In this document: positions 1-9,645 of the stretch, one piece after another
How positions within the stretch are numbered: the first letter of the stretch is position 1
How the letters are laid out: every line of letters begins with the position of its first letter
From: a virus
Lineage: Duplodnaviria > Caudoviricetes
DNA length: 64,000 nt
Strand: one strand, 5' to 3'
IMG/VR virus record: IMGVR_UViG_3300033068_000911
Coordinates: 5,537-69,536 of that record
The notes under the pieces: model-generated
Told to the model about the DNA's origin: nothing
Databases searched by the model: none
What the model saw: the letters and a program-made list of their open reading frames with translations, nothing else
Translations under genes and position numbers: made by a program

Positions 1-119
1 GGGATGCGGCAGTGCGCGCGCTCCGGAATTTCGGCTACATTCTGTAGCGACAGACCAGAGTGATTCTGGCAACGAGCAAGGGTCGGCGTGAGGTCGTCCA
101 ATCCGAGAGGGACAAGTCA

Positions 120-842
120 ATGACGCTTCGCAAGACGATTCAACCCCTAGGCTTCCTGGCTGACGGAGCACCCTTTTGGGCCTACTTTGGCGCAGAGGGC
201 GAGGACGATGGTGGCGGGGATAATCCTGGCGATGGTGGCGAAAATGATGAGGATGGCTCGGAAGACGAAGATGAGGATAACGATTCGCTAGACGAGAACG
301 GGCTGAACTCGCGGGGCCGCAAGGCTATCGAGTCCGAGCGGAACTCGGCTAAGCGTGCTCGCGATCGGTACAGGCCGTGGGGCGCGCTAAGCCGCGAACT
401 CGGAATGACGCCCGATCAGATTCGTGAAGCAATCGCAGGCAAGGCAAGCGGGAAGGGTGAAGGCGAGGGCCAGGCCGATGCTGAAGAGATTCGGCGGCAG
501 GTCACTCGTGAAGTGATGGAAAAGGCCAATCAGCGACTGATTGGCGCAGCCGTCACTGCCGAAGCGGCAAGTCTTCTCCGTGACCCGAGCGATGCGGCTC
601 GTTATCTTGATCTTACCGACTACCACGTGGATGAGAACGGAAACGTCGATTCCGACGAAATTCGCAAGGATATCCGAAGCCTGATCCGGGATAAGCCTTA
701 TCTCGGCGTTGCTCGCAAGGGTGACGGATCGGGTGGCGGAAATCCTGATTTCGACGGTGGTGCGAGGAGCGGAGCCACCGGCACTGTCTCCATGAGCGAT
801 CTTATCCGCAATGCAGCCGGGTACGGCAGGAATAGACGCTAA
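120..842 (+). CDS. Capsid scaffolding protein
   Basis: Directly upstream of the MCP; acidic low-complexity N-terminal region, helical core, C-terminal LIRDKPYL...DFDGGAR...MSDLIR motif typical of siphovirus scaffolds. ATG at 120 follows GAGAGGGA; the ORF track starts at 60. Confidence 0.8.
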   Translation: MTLRKTIQPLGFLADGAPFWAYFGAEGEDDGGGDNPGDGGENDEDGSEDEDEDNDSLDENGLNSRGRKAIESERNSAKRARDRYRPWGALSRELGMTPDQIREAIAGKASGKGEGEGQADAEEIRRQVTREVMEKANQRLIGAAVTAEAASLLRDPSDAARYLDLTDYHVDENGNVDSDEIRKDIRSLIRDKPYLGVARKGDGSGGGNPDFDGGARSGATGTVSMSDLIRNAAGYGRNRR

Positions 843-865
843 ACTTCCCGAAAAGGAGAAATCCC

Positions 866-1894
866 TTGAATTACCAGGGCATCATCGGCTATCAGCACTC
901 TGGTGCGCCGATCTACGCCTACTCTGGTGGCGCGTACGACAATGTTACGTCGCGTACCGATGTCGCCGCTCTGATCCCTGAAGAGGTCAGCAATGCGATG
1001 CTCGGCAAGTCGACCGAAACCTCTGCGACACTGGCGCTGTTTGGCCGCGTCACCGTGGGGCGCACTCAGTTGCGATTCCCGATCCTCTCTGCGCTGCCTG
1101 TCGCATACTGGGTCGCTGGTGACACGGGCCTGAAGCAGACGACCGAAATCGCATGGGCCAACAAGTACCTGAATGTCGAGGAAATCGCGGTCATCATGCC
1201 CGTTCCCGACAACGTACTTGCCGATGTCGAGGCGAATATCTGGGATGAGGCTCAGCCGCTTCTCGCAGAGGCCTTTGGTCGGACTCTCGACTCCGCTGTG
1301 TTCTTCGGCACGAACGCCCCCGCGTCGTTCCCGACGAATGTCATTGCGGCGATCGACGCAGCGGGCAACTCGGTTAACGAGGGAGTCAACGCTGTCGCGA
1401 ACGGCGGATTCTTCGGTGACCTTGATGACCTGTACGGCAAGGTCGAGCAGGATGGCTTCGAGGTCAACGGTTTCGTTGCCCCCACGAGCATGAAGGCCAA
1501 GCTTCGCAAGGTGCGCGGTACTGATGGCCGGAAGCTCGATGAGGGCCGCACGAGCGGCGATCTTTCGACACTGGATGGATTCCCCGTCCATTACGTGATG
1601 AAGGGCATGTGGCCCCAGGCGGGCGGCGTCGGTGTCAACGGCGTGCGTGCGATCGCTGGCGACTGGTCGCAGTTCGTCGTCGGTGTCCGTCAGGACATCC
1701 AGATGAAGATCCTCACCGAGGCTGTCATCCAGGACAACACTGGTGCGATTGTCTTCAACCTGGCTCAGCAGGACATGACTGCTGTGCGTTTGACGTTCCG
1801 CGCCGGATGGCAGGTCGCTAACACGATCAACAACGAGAACCCCAACGCGGCCACGCGATACCCGGCTGGGTATCTCAAGGTCGTTGGCGCGTAA
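866..1894 (+). CDS. Major capsid protein (HK97 fold)
   Basis: 342 aa; AALIPEEVSNAML, EEIAVIMPV, LDGFPV, GDWSQ and NLAQQDMTAVRLTFRAGWQV match actinophage MCP patterns; AAGGAG SD before a TTG start. Confidence 0.92.
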   Translation: MNYQGIIGYQHSGAPIYAYSGGAYDNVTSRTDVAALIPEEVSNAMLGKSTETSATLALFGRVTVGRTQLRFPILSALPVAYWVAGDTGLKQTTEIAWANKYLNVEEIAVIMPVPDNVLADVEANIWDEAQPLLAEAFGRTLDSAVFFGTNAPASFPTNVIAAIDAAGNSVNEGVNAVANGGFFGDLDDLYGKVEQDGFEVNGFVAPTSMKAKLRKVRGTDGRKLDEGRTSGDLSTLDGFPVHYVMKGMWPQAGGVGVNGVRAIAGDWSQFVVGVRQDIQMKILTEAVIQDNTGAIVFNLAQQDMTAVRLTFRAGWQVANTINNENPNAATRYPAGYLKVVGA

Positions 1895-1905
1895 GGAGAG
1901 CGAAG

Positions 1906-2142
1906 ATGGCTGAGCCCAAGCCGAAGGTCAAGACGAAGAGCGAAGAGCGCCTTGGCGATCCTCGCATCTCGATTCAGGATGCAACCGAGCGCGGTTTCTA
2001 CGGTGAGGTTGCTGATCCGACTCCGAATCGAAACTACACCCTCGCGGGCGTTACCGATCCGAACACGCACGTGCCGGAAGAGTTCAAGCAGAAGACCGGT
2101 GAAATCGTCTTTCCGGATGTTCCGGATGGCGTCAAGGCCTAG
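1906..2142 (+). CDS. Small head-associated protein (hypothetical)
   Basis: 78 aa, AAGGAG SD, immediately after the MCP; GFYGEVADPTPNRNYT motif resembles small post-capsid actinophage proteins. Confidence 0.6.
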   Translation: MAEPKPKVKTKSEERLGDPRISIQDATERGFYGEVADPTPNRNYTLAGVTDPNTHVPEEFKQKTGEIVFPDVPDGVKA

Positions 2143-2216
2143 TCTTGCGTGAATAATCAGGGGCGATAGGTCTACACCAGGCCTATTGCCCCTGATTGGC
2201 ACGAGGGGAGAAAATC

Positions 2217-2699
2217 ATGCCTTATGGCGTCACTGTTGCCGATGTCGAGAATCGGTGGCGACCACTACAGCCCGCAGAGGCATCCGTCGCTTCGTATATT
2301 ATTGGCGACCTACTCAACGACCTGGCGCTGCATCGCCCGGCCCTGGCCATCTTGGTCAACGGACTGGAAGCGTCGATCAATCCAGAGGACCATGCGCAGG
2401 CGGAAGCACTGAAGCGCGTCATTACCAAGGTTCTCGCATATGCAGTGAAGCGCATTCTTCGGAATCCCGAAGCGATGCGAAACATGAATATTGGTGCCGA
2501 CGGTTCAATTGGCATCGGATATGACAATGATCTAGAAGCTTTGCAGGGCGTCGAATTGACTCGTGACGAATTCGCGGACATCGACGCGGCAGCCGGGGCC
2601 GTTGGTGACGATCTGGCATCGCGAACGAGTAGCATCAAGATGCAGGCATACCCTGAGCGATATGCACCCCCGGATATGTCGATACTTCCCACACCATAG
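2217..2699 (+). CDS. Head-to-tail adaptor (Gp19/Gp15/Gp42-like)
   Basis: N-terminal TVADVENRWRPL motif, VKRILRNPE motif and position after the capsid genes. Confidence 0.75.
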   Translation: MPYGVTVADVENRWRPLQPAEASVASYIIGDLLNDLALHRPALAILVNGLEASINPEDHAQAEALKRVITKVLAYAVKRILRNPEAMRNMNIGADGSIGIGYDNDLEALQGVELTRDEFADIDAAAGAVGDDLASRTSSIKMQAYPERYAPPDMSILPTP

Positions 2700-2711
2700 G
2701 AGTAAACCGGA

Positions 2712-3413
2712 ATGAACAGCGTTAAGTCTGAGGGAAACATCGGCGTTTCCAGGATTCCACTTCTCAAGCGTCCGGCGATTCGCACGCTGGCCGATGCTAT
2801 TCGATACGGCTCTCCGCAGGTTAGCGATGCCAATATCGCTCGCCGTGACTGGCAGCGCGCAAATCGCAAGAACTTTGAGCGATCCTTGCATGACCAGCGA
2901 GCATTCGAGAGTGGCGATCGCGCAAGTCTCGGAAATCGTCTCGGAGTCATCGGCCATCTCTGGTTGGCGAAGGTGGGCCAGGGCGGGGGGGTTGCGGACC
3001 TGGGCCTCGCGTCCTGTCGCGTCGTGACTACTGCTGGCGTGAATTTCATCGTTGATGCATTCCAGAACCTCGTGGAACTCGAAGATATGAAGTATCACGG
3101 GATCGGCACCGGCACTACGGCTGAGGCGGTCGGCCAGACGGCTCTCATCACAGAGCTCTCTACGCAGTACTCGACCAGCAACACGCGCCCCGCTGGCTCC
3201 ACTGGCGAACAGTCTGGAAATGCCAACGTTTATGAGACGACGGCGACGATCACCGTTTCTGCGAGCGTCGCCGCGACTGAGCACGGCATTTTCTCGCGCG
3301 CAGCCACGGGTGGCGGCGTGCTTCTCGACCGTTCCGTATTCGCGGCAGTCAACCTCGCATCCGGTGAGTCGCTTCAGGCGACGTATTCTCTGACGTTCCC
3401 GAGTGGCGGCTAA
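2712..3413 (+). CDS. Virion structural protein (collar/fibre-base-like)
   Basis: GIGTGTTAEAVGQTAL...TEHGIFS...LLDRSVFAAVNLASGESLQATYSLTF resembles tail-collar/fibre N-terminal domains; GGAG SD. Confidence 0.55.
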   Translation: MNSVKSEGNIGVSRIPLLKRPAIRTLADAIRYGSPQVSDANIARRDWQRANRKNFERSLHDQRAFESGDRASLGNRLGVIGHLWLAKVGQGGGVADLGLASCRVVTTAGVNFIVDAFQNLVELEDMKYHGIGTGTTAEAVGQTALITELSTQYSTSNTRPAGSTGEQSGNANVYETTATITVSASVAATEHGIFSRAATGGGVLLDRSVFAAVNLASGESLQATYSLTFPSGG

Positions 3414-3441
3414 TCCTCCGATCCCGTGAGGGAAAGGGGTA

Positions 3442-5238
3442 TTGGTGGCGACACTTCCCTTCACTGACAGAACGTCTGTCAGTTTTACTGGCGCATCGCA
3501 GACGTCGAATTACCATGCATGGGCTAGCGGCATGGGGCCAGGTGCCGGATTACTGATCTGGTTGCACGGCGACGGCGCATACGAGCACAGCAATCCGACA
3601 AACACCTACTGTTTCGGCGGATCGAACGGTGTTGTCGCGCTCGCGAAGGCCAGGGGATACATCGTCATCTCTGCGCGCACGCCGGACAACACGGGCGATA
3701 TCACGTGGTGGGAATCGGGACAGACGCGCTCGAACTACCTCCAAGCGCTGATTACGTCACTTGTCAGTGGGTATGAGTCCGATCCGGCGAAGACCGTCCT
3801 TGCTGGATTCTCCGGTGGCGCGCAGCAGATCACGCAGTTCTACATGGACTATCAGCGTGATAATGCGCAAGGTGCCGGTACATGTGTTTTCGGCGGTGGC
3901 GAGGCTCCCGACAATGATCGCACCTATTCGACAGGACTTAAGAATTCCTGGAAAATGGGATGGATCGTCGGAGCCCTCGACACTGCCGCGAATGCTGAAG
4001 ATGGATTCGACGGACGCGGGGCGGCGGAATTTGGTGAGGCGTGGTTTCGCGGCAAAGGCTTTACGACGTCGATCAATGTACTTCCTGGGAAATATCATGA
4101 TCTGCCTGGCGAGTTCGGAACATATCTCGCCGGATGGATGGATGCAAACGGATTAGGTGGGAGTCCTCCGGTGGCACAGAATTCGCTCATGCCGTCTGGT
4201 GGAGTCCAGACCTTCACCGGAACCAATGGAACGCAGTGGATCAAGCCTGGAACCGTTGATTTCGTAGATGGTATTGACCAGGGTGTCGGCTGGGGATACT
4301 ACAACAACAATCAGGGCCGGATGCAATCCGGCACGACCGCTGGCTATCGGTTCAGTGCGCGATTGGATATCGCAGCGCGCGCGGATATCGAACTCCTTTT
4401 TGACTGGGTTATCCCATCAGGTGGCGAAGCGAGCGGGTATCCTCGCGTCCTCTTGCGTGGCGGTAGTGAACTCGACACAAATACGTCGTACTTCCTGACG
4501 CTTGAGCGTACTCAGATGGAAGTTGGTCGTTATAACGCGTCGTACTCCGGAACGACGATCACGACCAAATCTTACTCCGGTCGAAACGCTGGTGACATCG
4601 TTCGGACGCGTATTGCGATCTTCGGTAATAAGATCAAGGCGCGATCATGGCCTTCCTCAAATACCGAAGATGTCTCGACATGGGATATCGACATCACCGA
4701 TTCCACTGTTTCGGCAGCGGGATACTTCGGTATCACGATGGCTGGCAGTACGTCGGGTACGAAGTACTTCAGCATCGACAATTTCAACGCGTTCGACTCG
4801 GAGACCCCGAGCCAGAAGACGACAACGCAGTCTGGCTCGAATACTCCATCCGGAATCCTCATCAAGACAGTTCCAAAGCGTCCCGGTGGCTCACTGACGT
4901 CTTCTGGTGTTCTCTCGATTCGCCGCGTCGTGCTACGAACATTCAGCGGAAGCGTCAGTGTTGGCGGCGCGCTGAATGGCAAGTCCGGTCAGAAGAACAT
5001 GGGCGGTTCGGTCGCCCCCGTGGGCACACTTCGCAAGGTCGCGAGGAAGCGCGTCGGCGGAAGTATCGGCATCTCGGCTACGATTGACCGCAGGCTGTGG
5101 AAGCGACTCTTTGGACAGGTCGCCACAACAACTCACCGAAAACTAGAGAACAAAGGTCGAGTCTCCGGAAAGCCGGGAATCGTCATCATGTGGATCAACA
5201 AGGCGGGCGAATCTCGCGCACGGGTCAGGAAGGGGTAG
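3442..5238 (+). CDS. Virion protein: alpha/beta-hydrolase (esterase) + lectin-like beta-sandwich + basic repeats
   Basis: WLHGDG oxyanion region, GFSGG nucleophile elbow, candidate Asp (GALD) and His (KYHD); ConA-like RIAIFGNKIKARSW...WDIDITD segment; C-terminal K/R-G repeats. Confidence 0.65.
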   Translation: MVATLPFTDRTSVSFTGASQTSNYHAWASGMGPGAGLLIWLHGDGAYEHSNPTNTYCFGGSNGVVALAKARGYIVISARTPDNTGDITWWESGQTRSNYLQALITSLVSGYESDPAKTVLAGFSGGAQQITQFYMDYQRDNAQGAGTCVFGGGEAPDNDRTYSTGLKNSWKMGWIVGALDTAANAEDGFDGRGAAEFGEAWFRGKGFTTSINVLPGKYHDLPGEFGTYLAGWMDANGLGGSPPVAQNSLMPSGGVQTFTGTNGTQWIKPGTVDFVDGIDQGVGWGYYNNNQGRMQSGTTAGYRFSARLDIAARADIELLFDWVIPSGGEASGYPRVLLRGGSELDTNTSYFLTLERTQMEVGRYNASYSGTTITTKSYSGRNAGDIVRTRIAIFGNKIKARSWPSSNTEDVSTWDIDITDSTVSAAGYFGITMAGSTSGTKYFSIDNFNAFDSETPSQKTTTQSGSNTPSGILIKTVPKRPGGSLTSSGVLSIRRVVLRTFSGSVSVGGALNGKSGQKNMGGSVAPVGTLRKVARKRVGGSIGISATIDRRLWKRLFGQVATTTHRKLENKGRVSGKPGIVIMWINKAGESRARVRKG

Positions 5239-5240
5239 GG

Positions 5241-5549
5241 GTGTCTATATCCATTCCGGATCATGTGCCGTTCTTCGTTGGGCAGCGAATCCTCGTTGAA
5301 GTGGAGTTTCGCCTCCTCGGCGTCCCGACCGATCCAACGATCGTCCAGGTGGTATCGAAAAGTCCAGTTACCCATAGCCAAGCCACGCTTGTCTATCCTG
5401 ACGAGAATCTGACGCGAGTGGACACCGGACTCTACGAAGCGGCCATCATTGTGGACGATCCGGGACAATGGCACTTCCGCGCAGAAGGTGCGGGTGTTGT
5501 AGATGCAGTTACCGAAGTTGCGCTAGAGGTTCTACCGACTGGCGTATGA
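5241..5549 (+). CDS. Small Ig-like virion protein (hypothetical)
   Basis: GTG start directly after the previous stop; all-beta pattern with TGLYEAAIIVDDPGQWHFRAEG. Confidence 0.55.
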   Translation: MSISIPDHVPFFVGQRILVEVEFRLLGVPTDPTIVQVVSKSPVTHSQATLVYPDENLTRVDTGLYEAAIIVDDPGQWHFRAEGAGVVDAVTEVALEVLPTGV

Positions 5550-5563
5550 GAGGAGAAAAGGGA

Positions 5564-5713
5564 ATGGCACGAACGAAGCAACCGCGGACTAAGCCGCAGC
5601 CGGAAGAGCCGCAGCCTGCTCCGGTTCGCGAATACGCTGAGAGGCCCTATGAAAAGGCCGTTACTCCTGAGCATCTCGAAGTTCTCCGCGAAGCCGGACA
5701 GGCACCCGAGTAG
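5564..5713 (+). CDS. Hypothetical protein (49 aa)
   Basis: AGGAG SD, ATG at 5564, fills the gap in the operon. Confidence 0.45.
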   Translation: MARTKQPRTKPQPEEPQPAPVREYAERPYEKAVTPEHLEVLREAGQAPE

Positions 5714-5716
5714 GCC

Positions 5717-7177
5717 ATGAGTATCGCCGCCGTTGTCAATGCAGGGCGTCGCCTTATCGCGACAGCCTTCCTTGACTCATGCGCAATCGCGGACAGGGTC
5801 GAAGTCCGCGATTCGCGCGGCGGCACCAGGGCAACATGGGTCAACAGGCACAAGACGCCACCGCAGGTTGTCTCCGGCGGCAACGGCTCAACGGCGACCG
5901 TTGTTGCCAGAGACGACTCCGGCAAGATTCTCGGCACGTGGGTTTTGCCACTTTCGACACTGGAGACTATCGAAGACACGGGAAGTGTCGCTCCACTGGG
6001 CGAACTTACGAAGCAGGCTGCGAAGGAATTCACAGCAAGCCTCGTTGGCCAGGGCGTGGTTTCAGTGCTTCCGATGAAGAGCCTGAGCGGCAATATCACC
6101 ATTACAGGAGAGTTCACCAAGTTTGCGACGAAGCGCCTGACTGGTGGCGTCGCTCCGGCTGGAGGACTTCGTAAGGTCGTCTCGATTCACCTGCACGGCG
6201 CGATCGGAATAAGCGGCGAAACCCGCAAGGCTGCTCGGATCATCCGGGCGGGCGAGATTGCGGTAGGTGGTGACGCGCTTCCCGTCAAGCAGACTACGGA
6301 CATCGTTCTGGGCGGCGATATGACCATTGCGGGAGGGTTTACCAAGTTTGCGACGAAACGCCTGACCGGTGGCGTCACTTCGGCTGGCGTCGTAAACAAA
6401 GCTCCTCGCAAGCTTCTCGCTGGAACTGCAACATCTTCCGGGACTGTCGCGAAGTCTCCGCGTAAGCGACTGTCTGGATCATCCAAGCCTGTCGGAGTGG
6501 TGAAGCGAGGACCCGCGAAGCGATTCGCCGGAAGCGTTACGCCCAGTGGTGCCCTGTTTGCAGAGCGTGCGCCTGATGTCTTCACAGACTTCAATAGCGC
6601 GGTGGGCGGCGCGCCCTGGCCTGCTCCGTGGTCTCAAGTCCCGAGAGGTGACTCGATCGCGGAGGTGCGCGGTGGTCTCGGTCATCTTTCTGCTGACTCT
6701 ACCGTGGGCAACTATGAATGGACGGGCCAGGTGTTGATTGACGGTGTTCCTGGCCCCGTTGAAGTGATGTTCGACATTCGCCCGAACACTAATTCGCGAA
6801 CACACTTCTTGATGGTGGGAAGTTGGGATACTGGGAACGTTGTTGACGTCATCCCCTCCCCTTATTCCGACTCCGTAAGCAATACGTGGTTCAAAGTTCT
6901 TTCAAATTGGTCCGGACCTTCATATTCTACGGCAGGAGCGAGTGGCACGGGGGCGTGGTTTACTTTTCGGATTCGACTCGAAGTCGGTCGCTTGCGGTTG
7001 AAGCGCTGGGCGACTGGCTCCGCTGAGCCAGGCTCATGGAGCCTAGATATTACTGATGCAAATATCGCCTACGCCACTGCTGCATTCGCCTTCATTCAAG
7101 AGTCTTCTGTGAATGCCCTCAACTCCCCGGATTCTCGCTCGCTTGACGTCGATAATTTCAAGCTCTGGGAGTTGTAA
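5717..7177 (+). CDS. Fusion: N-terminal half of a head-closure-like protein + basic repeats + lectin-like domain
   Basis: First about 45 aa (FLDSCAIADRVEVRDSRGGTRATW) match the stopper N-terminal pattern; internal repeat FTKFATKRLTGGV twice; C-terminal RIRLEVGRLRLKRW...WSLDITD beta-sandwich. Confidence 0.55.
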   Translation: MSIAAVVNAGRRLIATAFLDSCAIADRVEVRDSRGGTRATWVNRHKTPPQVVSGGNGSTATVVARDDSGKILGTWVLPLSTLETIEDTGSVAPLGELTKQAAKEFTASLVGQGVVSVLPMKSLSGNITITGEFTKFATKRLTGGVAPAGGLRKVVSIHLHGAIGISGETRKAARIIRAGEIAVGGDALPVKQTTDIVLGGDMTIAGGFTKFATKRLTGGVTSAGVVNKAPRKLLAGTATSSGTVAKSPRKRLSGSSKPVGVVKRGPAKRFAGSVTPSGALFAERAPDVFTDFNSAVGGAPWPAPWSQVPRGDSIAEVRGGLGHLSADSTVGNYEWTGQVLIDGVPGPVEVMFDIRPNTNSRTHFLMVGSWDTGNVVDVIPSPYSDSVSNTWFKVLSNWSGPSYSTAGASGTGAWFTFRIRLEVGRLRLKRWATGSAEPGSWSLDITDANIAYATAAFAFIQESSVNALNSPDSRSLDVDNFKLWEL

Positions 7178-7551
7178 TGGCGACGATCATCGACCCGAGC
7201 GACAGACCGACGGCGATTAGCCAGGATGTCATTCTGCCCAACGTCCCTGGTGTGACGTGGGAAGTCAATGGAACTGAGTATCCGAGCCAGGAAGCATTCA
7301 CCGAAACTCAGGAATGCTGGTTTGCTTCACTGACCGATGAGACGCCGACCGTCGAGGCCAATCAGACGTTCGGCGTGCCAACTGCCGTGTGGCTTGCGCC
7401 GCTCGGTGTGGACATTGCGGAAGGCGACAGGATCATGAATCTCATCGACGGTTCCCTGTGGATCGTCACGAGCATCCTTACGCCACGCTCGAATGTCTCC
7501 GTCTCGACGCGATGCGGAATCAGGGAAGCCGGGAAGGGTGAAGTCTCATAA
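7177..7551 (+). CDS. C-terminal half of a head-closure-like protein
   Basis: ECWFAS...VWLAPLGVDIAEGDRI...WIVTSILTPRS...CGIRE matches the C-terminal two-thirds of gp16-like stoppers; TAATG coupling to the previous gene. Confidence 0.6.
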   Translation: MATIIDPSDRPTAISQDVILPNVPGVTWEVNGTEYPSQEAFTETQECWFASLTDETPTVEANQTFGVPTAVWLAPLGVDIAEGDRIMNLIDGSLWIVTSILTPRSNVSVSTRCGIREAGKGEVS

Positions 7552-7904
7552 TGGCTGGCGTCAGGATCAAGAAAAATCTGTTTCCGAAGATCATCGCTGC
7601 GCTCCCCGATGCCATTGATGATGAGGTCGATGAGGCGGCAGCGGACCTTGCATCGGTCCTGAAGTCAATCCTCTGGGTCAATACAGGAAAGCTTCGCCGG
7701 GTGACGACGGACCACCCTCCCGGTCGGAATCACGCAGAAGTTCACGTCGGCTACTACTTGGGTCACGGTTTCTATTCAGGTTTCCAGGAGTTCGGTACGG
7801 TAAAGCAAGCGCCGCGCCCGATCGTCACCCCGACTGCCCATGAGTTTGAGCCTGTCTATGCGGCGAATATGACCAAAGCTGTCAAGAATGCCTGTAAGGT
7901 GTAG
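7551..7904 (+). CDS. HK97 gp10-like neck protein
   Basis: VNTGKLRR and FQEFGTVKQAPRPIVTP motifs. Confidence 0.8.
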   Translation: MAGVRIKKNLFPKIIAALPDAIDDEVDEAAADLASVLKSILWVNTGKLRRVTTDHPPGRNHAEVHVGYYLGHGFYSGFQEFGTVKQAPRPIVTPTAHEFEPVYAANMTKAVKNACKV

Positions 7905-7906
7905 GC

Positions 7907-8341
7907 GTGACCGCCGAGACTGTAGATATCATCGAACCGTGGCTTTACGGCCAAATCTCCACTGACTCAGACTTGCTGAGCCTGGTCAATGGCCTAGATC
8001 ATATCTCAGACGCCCAGAGTCTCGAAGAGATGCCCTTGCCCTACGTCTCGTTCGCGCTCATGTCGTCGCGAGACATACAGGGCAATGCTGGACGAATCAT
8101 CGCAGTGGACTGCATCTATCTTGTGAAGGCCACAGATGCTACGGCATCGTGGGATGACCTCATATCTATCGAAGCACGGCTGCATGTCCTGTTGCACCAC
8201 GAAAACATGACGGTGACCACATCGAACGGCAGTCTCTCGTGTGTTCGTGAGAGGATTCACCAGCAAACTGAAACAATCGAAGGTGTCCAATATCGGCACC
8301 TCGGAGCCACGTGGCGCATCCGTGCGTCGCGCGACATCTAG
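7907..8341 (+). CDS. Tail terminator (DUF3168-like)
   Basis: 144 aa; LPYVSF and YRHLGATWRI motifs; canonical position before the tail tube gene. Confidence 0.7.
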   Translation: MTAETVDIIEPWLYGQISTDSDLLSLVNGLDHISDAQSLEEMPLPYVSFALMSSRDIQGNAGRIIAVDCIYLVKATDATASWDDLISIEARLHVLLHHENMTVTTSNGSLSCVRERIHQQTETIEGVQYRHLGATWRIRASRDI

Positions 8342-8348
8342 GAGCACC

Positions 8349-9632
8349 ATGAAGTGGAATCCGAAGGCCGTGGCGATCACGACGGCGGCGAGCCTTACTG
8401 CCGCCGCGCTCGTCGCAGCACCCGCCCTGGCCTCCAGTGAGGGCCAGGGCGGAGGTCAGTGCCGTACGCAGGCCGAAGCCCTCGCATGTCTCGACAGCCT
8501 GCGAGAGTACGTCCTGGCGCACCCTGATGCGCCGCTGCCGACGCCGACGCCGACAGCCCCAGCCCCCACGACATCCTCGCCAGCGCCGACGACTTCGGCC
8601 CCCACGACATCCTCGCCAGCGCCGACGACTTCGGCCCCCACGACATCCTCGCCGACGCCGACGACTTCGGCCCCCATGACATCCTCGCCGACGCCGACGA
8701 CCCCCGCGCCAACGAGCACGACAGTCCCTGCGAAGCCGTACGCTTCCGGTTTGCCGTGGTCGAGTGGCGCATTCACCGATCACAAGGCGTCCGTCGCGAA
8801 TGACTTCGCCGCGATGCGTGGCCGCGCGCTGGACAACATTTCGGTGTTTCCGTCGCGTGAGTCTTGGTCCGAGATGCAGAACTCCTGGTTTCTCGATTCC
8901 AAGCGAATCCCGAACGATTTCCAGGGTGACATTGTTGTTGGCGTGCCGCTGTGGCCCGAGAATGGCAGCCTCGGATCGAATGACGATGCCCAGTGGAAGA
9001 AGTTCGCTCAGACTGTCGCCGCCAAGGATTCCGACGCGATCGTTCGTCTCGGCTGGGAGATGAATTTGCCCGGATGGTATTTCCACATTACGAAGTCAAA
9101 TCAGGATCAGTGGGCCGCGAAGTTCAACAAGTCCGTTGAGGCCATGCATTCGGTAGCCCCGAATCTCCGGATTGCCTACAATCCGAACTGGGGTCCGGAT
9201 CAGACCAGTGGTGACAGTCGCCAGGTATTCCAGAAGGTCAAGCACAATGTCGATTACTACGGTATCGACATGTACGATGAGTGGCCTCCGGATACTTCCG
9301 ATAGCGCATGGCAGCAGCGACTCAATGGCGCTGGTGGTCTTCAGGACTCCCTGAACTATGCGAAGGCCAACGGCAAGAAGTTCGCATTGCCCGAATGGGG
9401 CGTAGCCTGCAACGGGTCCGGCTGCCAGTGGCAGGGTCACGCAGGCGGCGACAATCCTCGCTACGTGAATAACACTCTGGGATTCCTGATCCAGAACAAG
9501 GCACACGTGGCGTTCGATTCGTGGTTTAATGAGGATGGGAGTTACATCAAGTCCAACCTCGTTCCGACGACGACTAACCCGAAGGCTGCCGCAGCCTACA
9601 AGGCGAAGCTTACCGAGGCCGCAAACTCGTAA
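8349..9632 (+). CDS. Secreted glycoside hydrolase family 26 with Pro/Thr linker
   Basis: Sec signal peptide (MKWNPKAVAITTAASLTAAALVAAPALA); IVRLGWEMN (acid/base Glu), GIDMYD and FALPEWG (nucleophile Glu). Confidence 0.85.
   Translation: MKWNPKAVAITTAASLTAAALVAAPALASSEGQGGGQCRTQAEALACLDSLREYVLAHPDAPLPTPTPTAPAPTTSSPAPTTSAPTTSSPAPTTSAPTTSSPTPTTSAPMTSSPTPTTPAPTSTTVPAKPYASGLPWSSGAFTDHKASVANDFAAMRGRALDNISVFPSRESWSEMQNSWFLDSKRIPNDFQGDIVVGVPLWPENGSLGSNDDAQWKKFAQTVAAKDSDAIVRLGWEMNLPGWYFHITKSNQDQWAAKFNKSVEAMHSVAPNLRIAYNPNWGPDQTSGDSRQVFQKVKHNVDYYGIDMYDEWPPDTSDSAWQQRLNGAGGLQDSLNYAKANGKKFALPEWGVACNGSGCQWQGHAGGDNPRYVNNTLGFLIQNKAHVAFDSWFNEDGSYIKSNLVPTTTNPKAAAAYKAKLTEAANS
8562..8705 (+). repeat. Four tandem 36-bp units encoding APTTSSPAPTTS linker
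   Basis: Unit gcccccacgacatcctcgccagcgccgacgacttcg, read directly. Confidence 0.9.
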
Positions 9633-9645
9633 GCTCCACAATCCG

